Shown one piece after another: positions 42,012 through 51,702 of a stretch of DNA of 64,000 nucleotides. The notes beneath the pieces are model-generated. The model was not told the DNA's origin and did no database searches. It saw nothing but the letters and a program-made list of their open reading frames with translations. The first letter of the stretch is position 1. Each line of letters opens with the position of its first letter. The DNA comes from Spirochaetia bacterium (GTDB lineage: Bacteria; Spirochaetota; Spirochaetia; SZUA-6; Bin103): assembly GCA_965208575.1 (NCBI GenBank), contig CBDBOV010000005.1, positions 576,001 to 640,000 on the forward strand, in the 5' to 3' direction. The position numbers were made by a program, and so were the translations under genes.

Positions 42012-42964
42012 GCCAGCCCGGTGGGTATGGGAACCTGCTGCAGGATGCGCTCCACCACCTGCGCCGGCGACAGGTTCTCCATGCGCGCCTCGGCGGACAG
42101 CACCACGCGGTGGGTGAGCACGATGCCGGCGACCGCCATCACGTCTTCCGGCATCACGTAGTCGCGCCCGGTAATCAGCGCTTCCGCTTGCGCCGCCATC
42201 ATGATGTGCTGCGATGCGCGCGGGCTGATGCCGAGACGCAGCAGCGGGCTGGAGCGGGTCTGGTTGGCGACGCCGATGATGAAGCGGCGCACGTCGGGCG
42301 ACACGGTCACCGAGCGCACCACGTTGCGCAGATCGATCACGTCCCGCGGGTTCACCACCGGCTGCAACTCGTGCAGCGGATCGGAGCCGTACTGGTCCAG
42401 GATGCGCACCTCGTCGTCGCTGTGCGGATAGCCGATCGACAGGGAGATGCCGAACCGGTCGAGCTCACCCTCGGGCAGGTGGAACACGCCAATGAAGGTC
42501 ACCGGGTTCTGCGTGGCGATCACGAAGAATGGATCGGGCAGCCGGTAGGTGGTGCCGTCGACCGTCACCGAGCCCTCCTGCATCGCCTCCAGCAGGCTCG
42601 ACTGGGTACGCGGCGAGGCGCGGTTGATCTCGTCCGCCAGGATGAACTGGTGCATGATGGCGCCCTGCTTGAACTCGAACTGGCGTGACTCGTTGTTCCA
42701 CACCGTCATGCCCACGATGTCGCCGGGCAGCAGGTCGGGAGTGAACTGGATGCGTCCGTAGTCGGTGCCGGTGCTCGCCGCCAGGCAGCGCGCCAGCGTC
42801 GTCTTGCCGACCCCGGGAACATCCTCGATCAGGACGTGCAGGCCGGCGATGAAGCCGATCAGCATGTGGCGAACCTGTCGCTGCTTGCCGACAAATACCT
42901 CGCTGACGTTGTGCTCGATGGCCCGTACCTGCTCGCAGTAGGGCGAGATGTCCCGCTGTTGCAT
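42008..42964 (-). CDS. MoxR family AAA+ ATPase
   Basis: EDVPGVGKT, RIQFTPDLLPGD, DEINRASPRTQSSLLEAMQE; start ATG 42964 after TGtTACACT-N5. Confidence 0.95.
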   Translation of the reverse strand: MQQRDISPYCEQVRAIEHNVSEVFVGKQRQVRHMLIGFIAGLHVLIEDVPGVGKTTLARCLAASTGTDYGRIQFTPDLLPGDIVGMTVWNNESRQFEFKQGAIMHQFILADEINRASPRTQSSLLEAMQEGSVTVDGTTYRLPDPFFVIATQNPVTFIGVFHLPEGELDRFGISLSIGYPHSDDEVRILDQYGSDPLHELQPVVNPRDVIDLRNVVRSVTVSPDVRRFIIGVANQTRSSPLLRLGISPRASQHIMMAAQAEALITGRDYVMPEDVMAVAGIVLTHRVVLSAEARMENLSPAQVVERILQQVPIPTGLA

Positions 42965-43135
42965 GCTGAAGTGTAACATGGCGCATCAGCGCCGGTTGGA
43001 CAAGCGGCGCTGGGCGCCGAGGGGACGCCGCGCTACCCGGTCACAGGAGCCGGCTTACCGAGACGGCGACGTGAACGAGCGGATTCGTTGACCAGCGTGC
43101 GAGCGCGGCAGTACGCTGAAGCACAACTGGTCGCC

Positions 43136-44380
43136 ATGCTTTCCGTCTCCGAAGTCGATTCCCTGCTGACCGACCGCACCGCGGTGCTGCCCGCCGAACC
43201 GTGCGCGCTGGCCGGCTCGGTGGGGCGCGTCCTGCGCGAGTCCGTTCGCGCCGACCGCGACCTGCCGCCGCATGACCGGGTGACCATGGACGGAATCGCC
43301 GTCGCCTCGGCAGCGCTGCAGCGAGGCGGCCGCCCGCTGCGCATTGAGGGCGAGGCGCGCGCCGGCGACCGGCGGCAGCAATTGCGCGACGCCGGCGACG
43401 GCGCCCTGCGCGTCATGACCGGCGCCGTGCTGCCGGCGGGCAGCGACACGGTAGTCCGCAGCGAAGACCTGCGCAGCGAAGGCGAGCGCGTATGGCTGCA
43501 GCCCGAAGACCTGATCGTGCCGGGGCAGAACGTGCACCGGCAGGGCTCCGACACGCGCGCCGGAACCACCGTGCTTGCCCCCGGGCGGCGCATCTCTCCC
43601 GCCGACGTCGCCGTGCTCGCGTCGGTGGGCCGCGCCGAGGTGGCGGTCGGGCGGCGGCCGCGGGTTGCCGTGATCTCCACCGGCGACGAACTGGTCGACG
43701 TGGGCCGGCCGATCGCCGCCCACCAGGTGCGCCGCTCCAACATCTACGTGGTGGCGACCGCGCTCACCGGTCTCGGCTACCAGGTGGACGCCCGCCACCT
43801 GCCCGACGATCCCGACCGGCTCACCGACGGGGTGGAGGCCGCGCTCGCCGGCCACGACGTGCTGATCACCACCGGAGCGGTGTCCAAGGGCAGCGCCGAC
43901 TTTCTGCCCGGGGTGTACCGCCGGCTCGGTGCGGAGCGCTACCTGCACGGCGTGCGGCAGCGGCCGGGCAAGCCGCTGTGGATCGGCGGCACCGGCGACG
44001 GACGGCGCGTGTTCGCCCTGCCCGGCAACCCGGTGTCGGTGATGATGTGCCTGTACCGCTACGTGGTGCCATACCTGGCCGCCGCCGAGGGAGCCGCGCC
44101 GGCGCCGCCGCTGCACGCCGCCCTCGCCGAGGAGGTGCGCTTCCCGCCGCCGCTGACCCTGTTCCTGCCGGTGCTGCTGACCGCCGCCGGCGGCACGCTC
44201 GCCGCCCGCCCGGCGCCGGCGCAGAACTCCGGCGACTTCCTGGCCCTGGTGGGCACCGACGGCTTCCTGGAGCTGGCGGCCGGGCAGGCGCGGTTCGCCG
44301 CCGGCAGCGTGCTGCCCCTGTACCCGTGGCAGCCCCTGGCCTGGGGCGCCGGCGGCGGAGGCGGAGGCGGAGCGTCGTGA
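43136..44380 (+). CDS. moeA: Molybdopterin molybdenumtransferase
   Basis: PPHDRVTMDGIA, MTGAVLP, ISTGDEL, RPGKP, LPGNPVS. Confidence 0.93.
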   Translation: MLSVSEVDSLLTDRTAVLPAEPCALAGSVGRVLRESVRADRDLPPHDRVTMDGIAVASAALQRGGRPLRIEGEARAGDRRQQLRDAGDGALRVMTGAVLPAGSDTVVRSEDLRSEGERVWLQPEDLIVPGQNVHRQGSDTRAGTTVLAPGRRISPADVAVLASVGRAEVAVGRRPRVAVISTGDELVDVGRPIAAHQVRRSNIYVVATALTGLGYQVDARHLPDDPDRLTDGVEAALAGHDVLITTGAVSKGSADFLPGVYRRLGAERYLHGVRQRPGKPLWIGGTGDGRRVFALPGNPVSVMMCLYRYVVPYLAAAEGAAPAPPLHAALAEEVRFPPPLTLFLPVLLTAAGGTLAARPAPAQNSGDFLALVGTDGFLELAAGQARFAAGSVLPLYPWQPLAWGAGGGGGGGAS

Positions 44381-45405
44381 GCGGGACTGCCGTGCGCGAC
44401 GCGTTCAGCCGTCCGTTGCGCGACCTGCGCATCTCGGTGATCGACCGCTGCAACTTCCGCTGCCCCTACTGCATGCCGAAGGAGACCTACGGCGACGACT
44501 ACCAGTTCCTGCCGCCCGCCGACTACCTCACGTTCGCCGAGGTGACGCGGCTGGTGCGCCTGTTCGTGGCCCACGGCGTCACCAAGGTGCGCCTGACCGG
44601 CGGCGAGCCGCTGCTGCGCCCGCGCCTGCCGGAGCTGGTCGCCGCGCTGGCGCGGATTCCCGGCATCGAAGACCTCGCCCTGACCACCAACGGCTACCGG
44701 CTGGCCCAACACGCCGACGCGCTGCACGCCGCCGGGTTGCGCCGCGTCACCGTCAGCCTCGACTCGGTCGACCCGGACGTGTTCGCGCGCATGAACGGGC
44801 TCGGCATCGCGATCGACCGCGTGCTCGCCGGCATCGCCCGCGCGCAGCAGGTGGGGCTGGCGCCGGTCAAGCTCAACGCGGTGGTGCAGCGCGGCGTCAA
44901 CGACCACACGGTACTGGACCTGGTGCGCCGCTTCGCCGGCGAAGCGATGGCGATCCGTTTCATCGAGTACATGGACGTCGGCAACCGCAACGGCTGGGAC
45001 CCGGCCGGCGTGGTGCCGAGCGCCGAGCTGAAAGCCGTGATCGAGGAGGAATTCGCCCTGCTGCCGGTGGCGGCCGCCTACCGCGGCGAGGTGGCGCAGC
45101 GCTACCGCATTGCCGGCACCGCGACCGAGGTGGGTTTCGTGTCCTCCATCTCGCAGCCGTTCTGCAGCGACTGCAGCCGCGCCCGGCTGTCGACCGACGG
45201 CCACTTCTACACCTGCCTGTTCGCCTGGCAGGGCACCGACCTGCGCACCCCGTTGCGCGCCGGCGCCGGCGACCGCGATCTCTCCGACCTGCTCGCCGGC
45301 GTGTGGCGGCGGCGCGTCGACCGCTACTCGGAAGAGCGCGCCGAGGTGACCCGCTTCGAGCGCAACCGGGAGCGCAAGATCGAGATGTACCAGATCGGCG
45401 GGTAG
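44377..45405 (+). CDS. moaA: GTP 3',8-cyclase (radical SAM)
   Basis: DLRISVIDRCNFRCPYCMP, LTGGEP, FCSDCSRARL, C-terminal IGG. Confidence 0.96.
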   Translation: MSGTAVRDAFSRPLRDLRISVIDRCNFRCPYCMPKETYGDDYQFLPPADYLTFAEVTRLVRLFVAHGVTKVRLTGGEPLLRPRLPELVAALARIPGIEDLALTTNGYRLAQHADALHAAGLRRVTVSLDSVDPDVFARMNGLGIAIDRVLAGIARAQQVGLAPVKLNAVVQRGVNDHTVLDLVRRFAGEAMAIRFIEYMDVGNRNGWDPAGVVPSAELKAVIEEEFALLPVAAAYRGEVAQRYRIAGTATEVGFVSSISQPFCSDCSRARLSTDGHFYTCLFAWQGTDLRTPLRAGAGDRDLSDLLAGVWRRRVDRYSEERAEVTRFERNRERKIEMYQIGG

Positions 45406-45414
45406 GGCAGGGCA

Positions 45415-45930
45415 ATGCGCAACAGCGGCGCCGGGCCGCAAGGCACACTCACCCACGTTTCGCCGGCCGGGCAACCGGCGATGGTCGACGTCGGCGCCAA
45501 GCCGCGCAGCGCGCGCCGCGCCCGCGCCCGCGCCGAGGTATACCTGCCGCCGCCGGTGCGTGCGTTGCTGCGCGACGGCGAGTTGCACGGCGCCAAGGGG
45601 CCGGTGTTCCAGACCGCCATCACCGCCGGCGTCATGGCCGCCAAGAAGACCAGCGAGTTGATCCCCCTGTGCCACCCGATCGGCCTCGACCGCTGCGACC
45701 TGACCGTGGAGCTCGACGCCGCCGGCAACGCCGTGGTGACCTGCGTCGCCGCGGTTGAGCACAAGACCGGGGTCGAGATGGAGGCGCTCACCGGCGCCGC
45801 GGTGGCCGCGCTCACCATCTACGACATGTGCAAGGCGGTGTCGCACGACATCGCGATCCGCGAGGTGCGGCTCATGGAGAAGAGCGGCGGCAAGAGCGAC
45901 TACCGCGCTCCGGGGGCGGACCGTGGCTGA
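45415..45930 (+). CDS. moaC: Cyclic pyranopterin monophosphate synthase
   Basis: MVDVGAK, LIPLCHP, TGVEMEAL, YDMCKA, KSGGKS. Confidence 0.96.
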   Translation: MRNSGAGPQGTLTHVSPAGQPAMVDVGAKPRSARRARARAEVYLPPPVRALLRDGELHGAKGPVFQTAITAGVMAAKKTSELIPLCHPIGLDRCDLTVELDAAGNAVVTCVAAVEHKTGVEMEALTGAAVAALTIYDMCKAVSHDIAIREVRLMEKSGGKSDYRAPGADRG

Positions 45931-46183
45931 GCGCGCCGCCGTGCGCGAGGTGCGGGTGAGCTATTTCGCGCTGTTGCGCGACGAGACCGGGCGCGACGAG
46001 GAACAGGTGGCGACCGCCGGCGCCACCGCCGGCGAGCTGTACGCCCAGTTGCAGGAGCGGTACCGCCTCTCGCTGCCGCGGGAACGGCTGCGGGTGGCGA
46101 TCAACGCCAGCTTCGCCGAGTGGGACACCGCGCTCGCCGATGGTGACGTGGTGGTGTTCATTCCCCCGGTCGCGGGCGGATGA
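45923..46183 (+). CDS. moaD: Molybdopterin synthase sulfur carrier
   Basis: YFALLRD, VAIN, C-terminal PPVAGG. Confidence 0.93.
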   Translation: MAERAAVREVRVSYFALLRDETGRDEEQVATAGATAGELYAQLQERYRLSLPRERLRVAINASFAEWDTALADGDVVVFIPPVAGG

Positions 46184-46205
46184 ACCGGGCGCAAGGAGCA
46201 GCACG

Positions 46206-46703
46206 ATGAGCGATACCAGGATGAGCGATACCATGCAGGCGGCCAGCTTCGCCCTGACCGACGCCGCGATCGCTCCGGAGCGCCTCAAGGCGCGCCTCGA
46301 GCATCCGGCCGCCGGGGCGCTGGCCACCTTCGAGGGTTGGGTGCGCAACCACGCCGACGGCCGCGCCGTCCACCTGCTGGAGTACCAGGTCTACCGGGAA
46401 CTGGCGCAGGCGGAGGGAACGCGGGTGCTGGCGGAGGCGTTGGCGCGGTTCGACGTAATCGCCGCGCACTGTACGCACCGTTCGGGTATACTGCACGTAG
46501 GCGATATAGCGGTGTGGGTCGGCGTGGCGGCGGCGCATCGCGGCGCGGCGTTCGACGCCTGCCGCTATATCATCGACGAGATCAAGCGGCGCCTGCCGAT
46601 CTGGAAGCGCGAAACCTACGCCGGGGGCGACTCCGGCTGGGTCAACTGCCAGGTCGACGGGGCGCAGCGTGCGACCAGCGGAGGAAACGATGGCGCAGAG
46701 TAA
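46206..46703 (+). CDS. moaE: Molybdopterin synthase catalytic subunit
   Basis: FEGWVRN, HRSG, AAHRGAAFDACRYIIDEIK..LPIWKRE. Confidence 0.95.
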   Translation: MSDTRMSDTMQAASFALTDAAIAPERLKARLEHPAAGALATFEGWVRNHADGRAVHLLEYQVYRELAQAEGTRVLAEALARFDVIAAHCTHRSGILHVGDIAVWVGVAAAHRGAAFDACRYIIDEIKRRLPIWKRETYAGGDSGWVNCQVDGAQRATSGGNDGAE

Positions 46704-47664
46704 GCGGAAAGAGTACGAAGCCGGCATCAAGTGGTGGGACATCACCGACCGCGAGCACTACATCGGCCGGCGCGAGTTCATGCGCAAGGCCGGCACGGTG
46801 GCGGCGGGCGTCGGCCTCGCTACCGCGGCACCCGGCTTCGTACAGCGCGCGTTCGCGCAAAGCGGAGCGTTCCCCGGTCTGCCCGGCAGCAAGTACGACA
46901 CCGACGAAGAGCAGAACACGCTCAAGCAGGCCACCACCTACAACAACTTCTGGGAGTTCGGCGCCGGCAAGAACGACCCGGCGCGCAACGCCAAGAAATT
47001 CGTCACCGCACCGTGGGAGATCAGCATCGGCGGATTGCTCGCCAACCCGGTGAAGATCGACGTGTCCGACGTCATCGCGCGCTACCGCGACAAGCTGGAG
47101 CAGCGCATCTACCGCATGCGCTGCGTGGAGGCGTGGTCGATGGTGATTCCCTGGGTCGGATTTCCCCTGCACGAACTGATCAAGGACTACCAGCCCGATT
47201 CCGCGGCGAAGTACATGCGCTTCGAGACCTTGTGGGACCCGGACCAGATGCGCAAGGCGGCGCGCTCCATCCAGTATCCCTACGTCGAGGGGCTGCGCAT
47301 GGACGAGGCGATGAACGATCTCACGCTGGTCACCGTGGGCATGTACGGCGACGTGCTGCAGAATCCCAACGGCCCGCCGATCAAGATCGTCATACCGTGG
47401 AAGTACGGCTTCAAGAGCATCAAGAGCATCAACAAGATCGAGTTCGTTGCCGACGAGCCGGTGAACACCTGGAAGAAGGCGCAGCCGCGCGAGTACGGGT
47501 TCTACTCCAACGTGAACCCGGAGCGCCCGCACCCGCGCTGGAGTCAGGCCACCGAGCGCCGCATCGGCGAGCGCGGGCGGCGCGAGACGCTCAAGTTCAA
47601 CGGTTACGGCGAGTGGGTGGCCTCGATGTACCAGGGGATGGACCTGGTCGAACGATACTACTAG
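46690..47664 (+). CDS. msrP: Periplasmic methionine sulfoxide reductase, catalytic molybdo-subunit
   Basis: Tat signal GRREFM, YNNFWEFG, RMRCVEAWSMVIPW, PWKYGFKSIK, HPRWSQATERRIG. Confidence 0.95.
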   Translation: MAQSKRKEYEAGIKWWDITDREHYIGRREFMRKAGTVAAGVGLATAAPGFVQRAFAQSGAFPGLPGSKYDTDEEQNTLKQATTYNNFWEFGAGKNDPARNAKKFVTAPWEISIGGLLANPVKIDVSDVIARYRDKLEQRIYRMRCVEAWSMVIPWVGFPLHELIKDYQPDSAAKYMRFETLWDPDQMRKAARSIQYPYVEGLRMDEAMNDLTLVTVGMYGDVLQNPNGPPIKIVIPWKYGFKSIKSINKIEFVADEPVNTWKKAQPREYGFYSNVNPERPHPRWSQATERRIGERGRRETLKFNGYGEWVASMYQGMDLVERYY

Positions 47665-47687
47665 GCCTCACCGAGGCGGGGGAGCGT

Positions 47688-48317
47688 ATGGCGGACGCGA
47701 AACCGAAACGGCGCAACCCGATGCAGGTGGCCAAGCGGGCCAAGCTGGTCATACTGCCGCTGGCGATGGTGCCGCTGGCCGTCGCGCTGCTGCGCTATCT
47801 GGGCGACCAGTTCGGCGGCAACGCCATCGAGGCGTTCACCCTGGACACCGGCAACTGGGGCATCCGCCTGCTCCTGGTCACCCTCGCCATCACCCCGCTG
47901 CGCGAGCTGACCGGCTGGAACTGGCTCATCACCTACCGCCGCCCCATGGGGCTGGCGGCGTTCTACTACGTCTGCGTGCACCTGCTGGTGTACCTGTACC
48001 TCGACTTCAACTTCGAGTTTCAGTACATCATTCCCGACCTGTCGCAGTCGATATACGTGGTGGTGGGCTTCGCCGGGTTCCTGCTGCTGATACCGCTGGC
48101 GCTCACCTCCACCAACGGCTGGATCCGCGCCCTCGGCAAGCGCTGGCGCACCCTGCACCGGCTCGGTTACGCGGCGCTGATCCTGGGCGTGGTCCACTAC
48201 CTGCTGCAGATCAAGGAGATCAGCTTCCAGCTCTGGTTCTACATCATCGCCGGCGGCGTGCTGCTCGCCTACCGCGTCGTAGCGCCCGTCCTGAAGCGCT
48301 CCGCCAGCCGCAAGTAG
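47688..48317 (+). CDS. msrQ: Methionine sulfoxide reductase heme-binding membrane subunit
   Basis: TLAITPLR, RRPMGLAAFYY..H, PLALTS, W..LHRLGY. Confidence 0.93.
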   Translation: MADAKPKRRNPMQVAKRAKLVILPLAMVPLAVALLRYLGDQFGGNAIEAFTLDTGNWGIRLLLVTLAITPLRELTGWNWLITYRRPMGLAAFYYVCVHLLVYLYLDFNFEFQYIIPDLSQSIYVVVGFAGFLLLIPLALTSTNGWIRALGKRWRTLHRLGYAALILGVVHYLLQIKEISFQLWFYIIAGGVLLAYRVVAPVLKRSASRK

Positions 48318-48340
48318 TCCGCCTTGAGCTCCGGTCGGTA

Positions 48341-50131
48341 TCAACGGAACTTGACCGTCGTGACATACGAACAGTTGTTCGCCATGTTGGTTTCCCCGCG
48401 CACCGCGTCCACGCACATGACGTAGTAGTACTCCCCGGCGGTCGCCGGTGCCTGAAACCTCACGTTCCCGATGAACGACGGCCCGTTGAGGCGAAAAACC
48501 AACTCCGGCACGTCGACCTCACCCACCTGTGTGCCGGCGGACGGTTTGCTCGTCCGATCCGGCAACAGGAGGAGACGCAACGTCGTCGCCTCGGACGGGC
48601 TCCCTTCGTTCCGCACAGGAACGCCCCACAACCTCGACCCTCCGACAGGCAATTCGCGCGCCACCGCCCACCCGCCGAGATCCATGTCCGGTCGGTAGTG
48701 AGAGACCTCGATCCTCACCGCCGTCGAGCAGGGGTTCGCCGTAGCGGGCGCTCCCGTCGGCACGTCCGCGCACGCACCGTAGTAGTACACCCCCTTGCTT
48801 GACGGAGCCTTTACGTTCGCGTACGATCTGTCGCCCGAGCGCGTCCAACGGCGGGCAAATTGCGAGTCGGACGGTGTGATGGTCGCATCCGTTGAAAGGT
48901 AGAAGCGCAGTGCCGTAGGCGTTGGCGAACCGCCGAATTTGTGCACCACCGCCCACAAGCGGAAGAACCCTCCGATGGCCGGACTGCTCGTGCTCGCCCA
49001 GATCCGGTTGACCACCGGCTCGGGCTCCGGCTCCGGCTCCGGCGCCGTCTCCTGTACCGGCACCGGCTCCGGCGCCGTCTCCTGTACGGGCTCCGGCTCG
49101 GGCGCCGTCTCCTGTACGGGCTCCGGCTCGGGCTCCGTCTCCTGTACGGGCTCCGGCTCGGGCGCCGTCTCCTGTACGGGCTCCGGCTCGGGCGCCGTCT
49201 CCTGTACGGGCTCCGGCTCGGGCTCCGGCTCGGGCTCCGGCTCCGGCTCGGGCTCGGGCTCGGGCTCGGGCTCCGGCTCCGGCTCCGGCTTCGGCACGAT
49301 GACGCGGACTGCTGCCGAACAGTTATTCGCGATGCCGGATTCTCGCGCCACCGGGTCGGCGCAGGCGCCGTAGTAGGAGGTTCCGGGAGTCGACGGGGCG
49401 GTCACCGTGACCGACTCGACCATGCTCGCCGACGCCGCCAGCCCCGCCACCGTGGCGGCGATCACCTCGTCGTCGGATGGCGTGATCGTCTCATCGTCCG
49501 AACGGTAGACGCGCAGCGTCGTCGCAGCGGCATGTGCATCCCCCGCGTTGCGCACCGAGGCCGAGAACGTGAAGCTCGCCCCGGCGGCCGGGCTTTCGTC
49601 GCTCACGGACGGCATCTCCACCACCAGATCCGGCTGCGGCGATGCCGGCTCCGTATCCTGCGCCTGCACGATCACGCGGACTGCTGCCGAACAGTTGTTC
49701 GCGGTGGCGGATTCTCCCGCCACCGGGTCGGCGCAGGCGCCGTAGTAGGAGGTTCCGGGAGTCGACGCCGCCGTCACCGTCACCGTCACGGCGCGGCTCG
49801 CCGAGGCCGCCAGGGCCGCCACAGAGGCGTCGCTCACCTTCTCGTCTACGGCGGGCGTGATCGTCTCATCGTCCGAACGGTAGACGTGCAGCGTCGTGGC
49901 CGCCGCGTCTCCGCTCCCGGTGTTGCGCACCGAGGCGGAGAACATGATGCTCGCCCCGGCGGTCGGGCGGTTGTCGCTCACCTCGGGTTCTTCCACCACC
50001 AGATCCGGATGAGCCGTGCCCGGACCTCCACCGCAACTCGCCAGCGCAATGCATGCCGGCACGACGAGCGCGCTGCACACGACCGACCGCTTGCCGGAGC
50101 GGCGAATGGTCGACTTGGTGTGCCGCGGCAT
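48341..50131 (-). CDS. CARDB-like repeat lipoprotein A (4 domains, long PE/PVQET linker)
   Basis: Lipobox IALASC; repeats PDLVV...VRN.G...YYGAC.D...E...NNCS; ATG overlaps the upstream paralog TGA. Confidence 0.85.
   Translation of the reverse strand: MPRHTKSTIRRSGKRSVVCSALVVPACIALASCGGGPGTAHPDLVVEEPEVSDNRPTAGASIMFSASVRNTGSGDAAATTLHVYRSDDETITPAVDEKVSDASVAALAASASRAVTVTVTAASTPGTSYYGACADPVAGESATANNCSAAVRVIVQAQDTEPASPQPDLVVEMPSVSDESPAAGASFTFSASVRNAGDAHAAATTLRVYRSDDETITPSDDEVIAATVAGLAASASMVESVTVTAPSTPGTSYYGACADPVARESGIANNCSAAVRVIVPKPEPEPEPEPEPEPEPEPEPEPEPEPEPVQETAPEPEPVQETAPEPEPVQETEPEPEPVQETAPEPEPVQETAPEPVPVQETAPEPEPEPEPVVNRIWASTSSPAIGGFFRLWAVVHKFGGSPTPTALRFYLSTDATITPSDSQFARRWTRSGDRSYANVKAPSSKGVYYYGACADVPTGAPATANPCSTAVRIEVSHYRPDMDLGGWAVARELPVGGSRLWGVPVRNEGSPSEATTLRLLLLPDRTSKPSAGTQVGEVDVPELVFRLNGPSFIGNVRFQAPATAGEYYYVMCVDAVRGETNMANNCSYVTTVKFR
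49015..49294 (-). repeat. In-frame coding tandem repeat: 6-bp (PE)n run plus six 30-bp [10 protein letters not shown]-like units
   Basis: Repeated ctccggctcgggcgccgtctcctgtacggg on the + strand. Confidence 0.92.
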
Positions 50132-51702
50132 CAACGGAATTCGATTGCGGTGGTCCGCGAACAGTTGTTGGACGTGTCCGATTCCCCGGACACCGCGTCG
50201 ACGCACGCGACGTAGTGATACCACCCGGCGGTCGAAGGTGCCTGGAACACCACATACTGCCTGGAGGACGCCGGCCAGGCCTGCGTCACAACCAGCGCCG
50301 GCACGCCGGACATTCCCACCTGCGTGCCGGCGGACGGTGCGCTCGTCCGATGCGGCAACCGGAGCACGCGCAACGTCGTCGCCACGGACGGGCCCCCGGG
50401 GTTGGACACGTCAATTGCCACCCGGAGCGACTCTCCGGGAGGCCGAGGGAGCCACACGGGCCACGAGTTGACCCGCAGGTCCGGCTTGTTGTGCGACACT
50501 TCGACCCTCGTTGCCGGCGAGCAGTTGTTCGTCGTGTCGGACTCCCCTGCGGCCGCGTCCACGCACGCGCCGTAGAAGTACACCCCATTGCTCGACGGCG
50601 TCTTCACGTACACGGGCACGTACACTTCCCGATTGTACCGGTTGGTGCCCAACCACATCCCGCGGGCGGTCAATTGCGTGTCGGACGGCGTGATGGTCGT
50701 GTCCGTTGATCGGTAGAAGCGCAGCGTCGTCTCCAACGCCGTGGTCGGACCGCGGTTGCGTACCTCCGCCGACAACTCGAACACACCGCCGATGGCGGGA
50801 TTGGCGTTGTCCACCCAAGGTCCGGCAAGAATCAGGTCCAACCGCGGCGCCTGTGACGCCCCCGGCGCCCGCGACGCCCCCGGCGTCCTGACCTGCACGT
50901 GCACCGAGCAGTTGTTCGCCGTGTCGGACTCTTTCGCCAGCGCGTGCACGCACGCGCCGTAGTAGTACGTCCGGGAACTCGACGGAGCGCTCAGCTCCAC
51001 CGACGCGACGATGCTCTCCGAGGCCGCCAGGGCCGCCACCGTGGCGTCGCCCACCTGCTTGTCGGCGGGCGTGATCATCGCATCATCCGACCGGTAGAAG
51101 CTCAGCGTCGTGGCCGCCGCGTCTCCGCCCCCGGCGTTGCGCACCGTGGCCCGGAACGTGAAGCTTGTCCCGGCGGGCGGTGCGTCGGAGCTCACGGTGG
51201 GAGGCTCCACCACCAGATCCGGCAGCGGCGCGGCCGGCTCGGTATCCTGCACCGGCACGATGACCCGGACCGTTGCCGAACAGTTGTTCTCGGTACCGGA
51301 TTCTCCCGCCACCGGCTCGACGCATGCACCGTAGTAGGAGGTTCCTGGAGTCGACGCCGCCGTCACCGTCACCGACACGCCGCGGCTCGCCGAGGCCGCC
51401 AGCCCCGCCACCGTGGCGGCGATCACCTCGTCGTCGGATGGCGTGATCGTCTCATCATCCGAACGGTAGACGCGCAGCGTCGTGGCCGCCGCGTCTCCGC
51501 CGCCGGTGTTGCGCACTGTGGCCGAGAACGTGAAGCTTGCCCCGGCGGCCGGGCGGTTCTCGCTCACCAAAGGAGATTCCACCACCAGGTCCGGCTGGCC
51601 GACCCCCGGACCGCCGCGGCAACTCGCCAGTGCAATGCATGCCAGCGCGACAGACGCGCTGAGCGCGACCCACGATCGACTCGGAGCGGTGGAAAACGGC
51701 AT
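50131..51702 (-). CDS. CARDB-like repeat lipoprotein B (4 domains)
   Basis: [28 protein letters not shown] lipobox; 4 repeats; TAATG overlap with paralog C. Confidence 0.85.
   Translation of the reverse strand: MPFSTAPSRSWVALSASVALACIALASCRGGPGVGQPDLVVESPLVSENRPAAGASFTFSATVRNTGGGDAAATTLRVYRSDDETITPSDDEVIAATVAGLAASASRGVSVTVTAASTPGTSYYGACVEPVAGESGTENNCSATVRVIVPVQDTEPAAPLPDLVVEPPTVSSDAPPAGTSFTFRATVRNAGGGDAAATTLSFYRSDDAMITPADKQVGDATVAALAASESIVASVELSAPSSSRTYYYGACVHALAKESDTANNCSVHVQVRTPGASRAPGASQAPRLDLILAGPWVDNANPAIGGVFELSAEVRNRGPTTALETTLRFYRSTDTTITPSDTQLTARGMWLGTNRYNREVYVPVYVKTPSSNGVYFYGACVDAAAGESDTTNNCSPATRVEVSHNKPDLRVNSWPVWLPRPPGESLRVAIDVSNPGGPSVATTLRVLRLPHRTSAPSAGTQVGMSGVPALVVTQAWPASSRQYVVFQAPSTAGWYHYVACVDAVSGESDTSNNCSRTTAIEFR

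Noticed and set aside
38438-42964. MoxR-DUF58-transglutaminase operon (and the chelatase-like AAA+/VWA pair at 23987-26678) as a novel system
   Set aside because: Both are widespread, previously described gene arrangements with no unusual feature seen here
49015-49294. CRISPR array
   Set aside because: The 30-bp units are contiguous without unique spacers, are in-frame coding, and no cas genes are present
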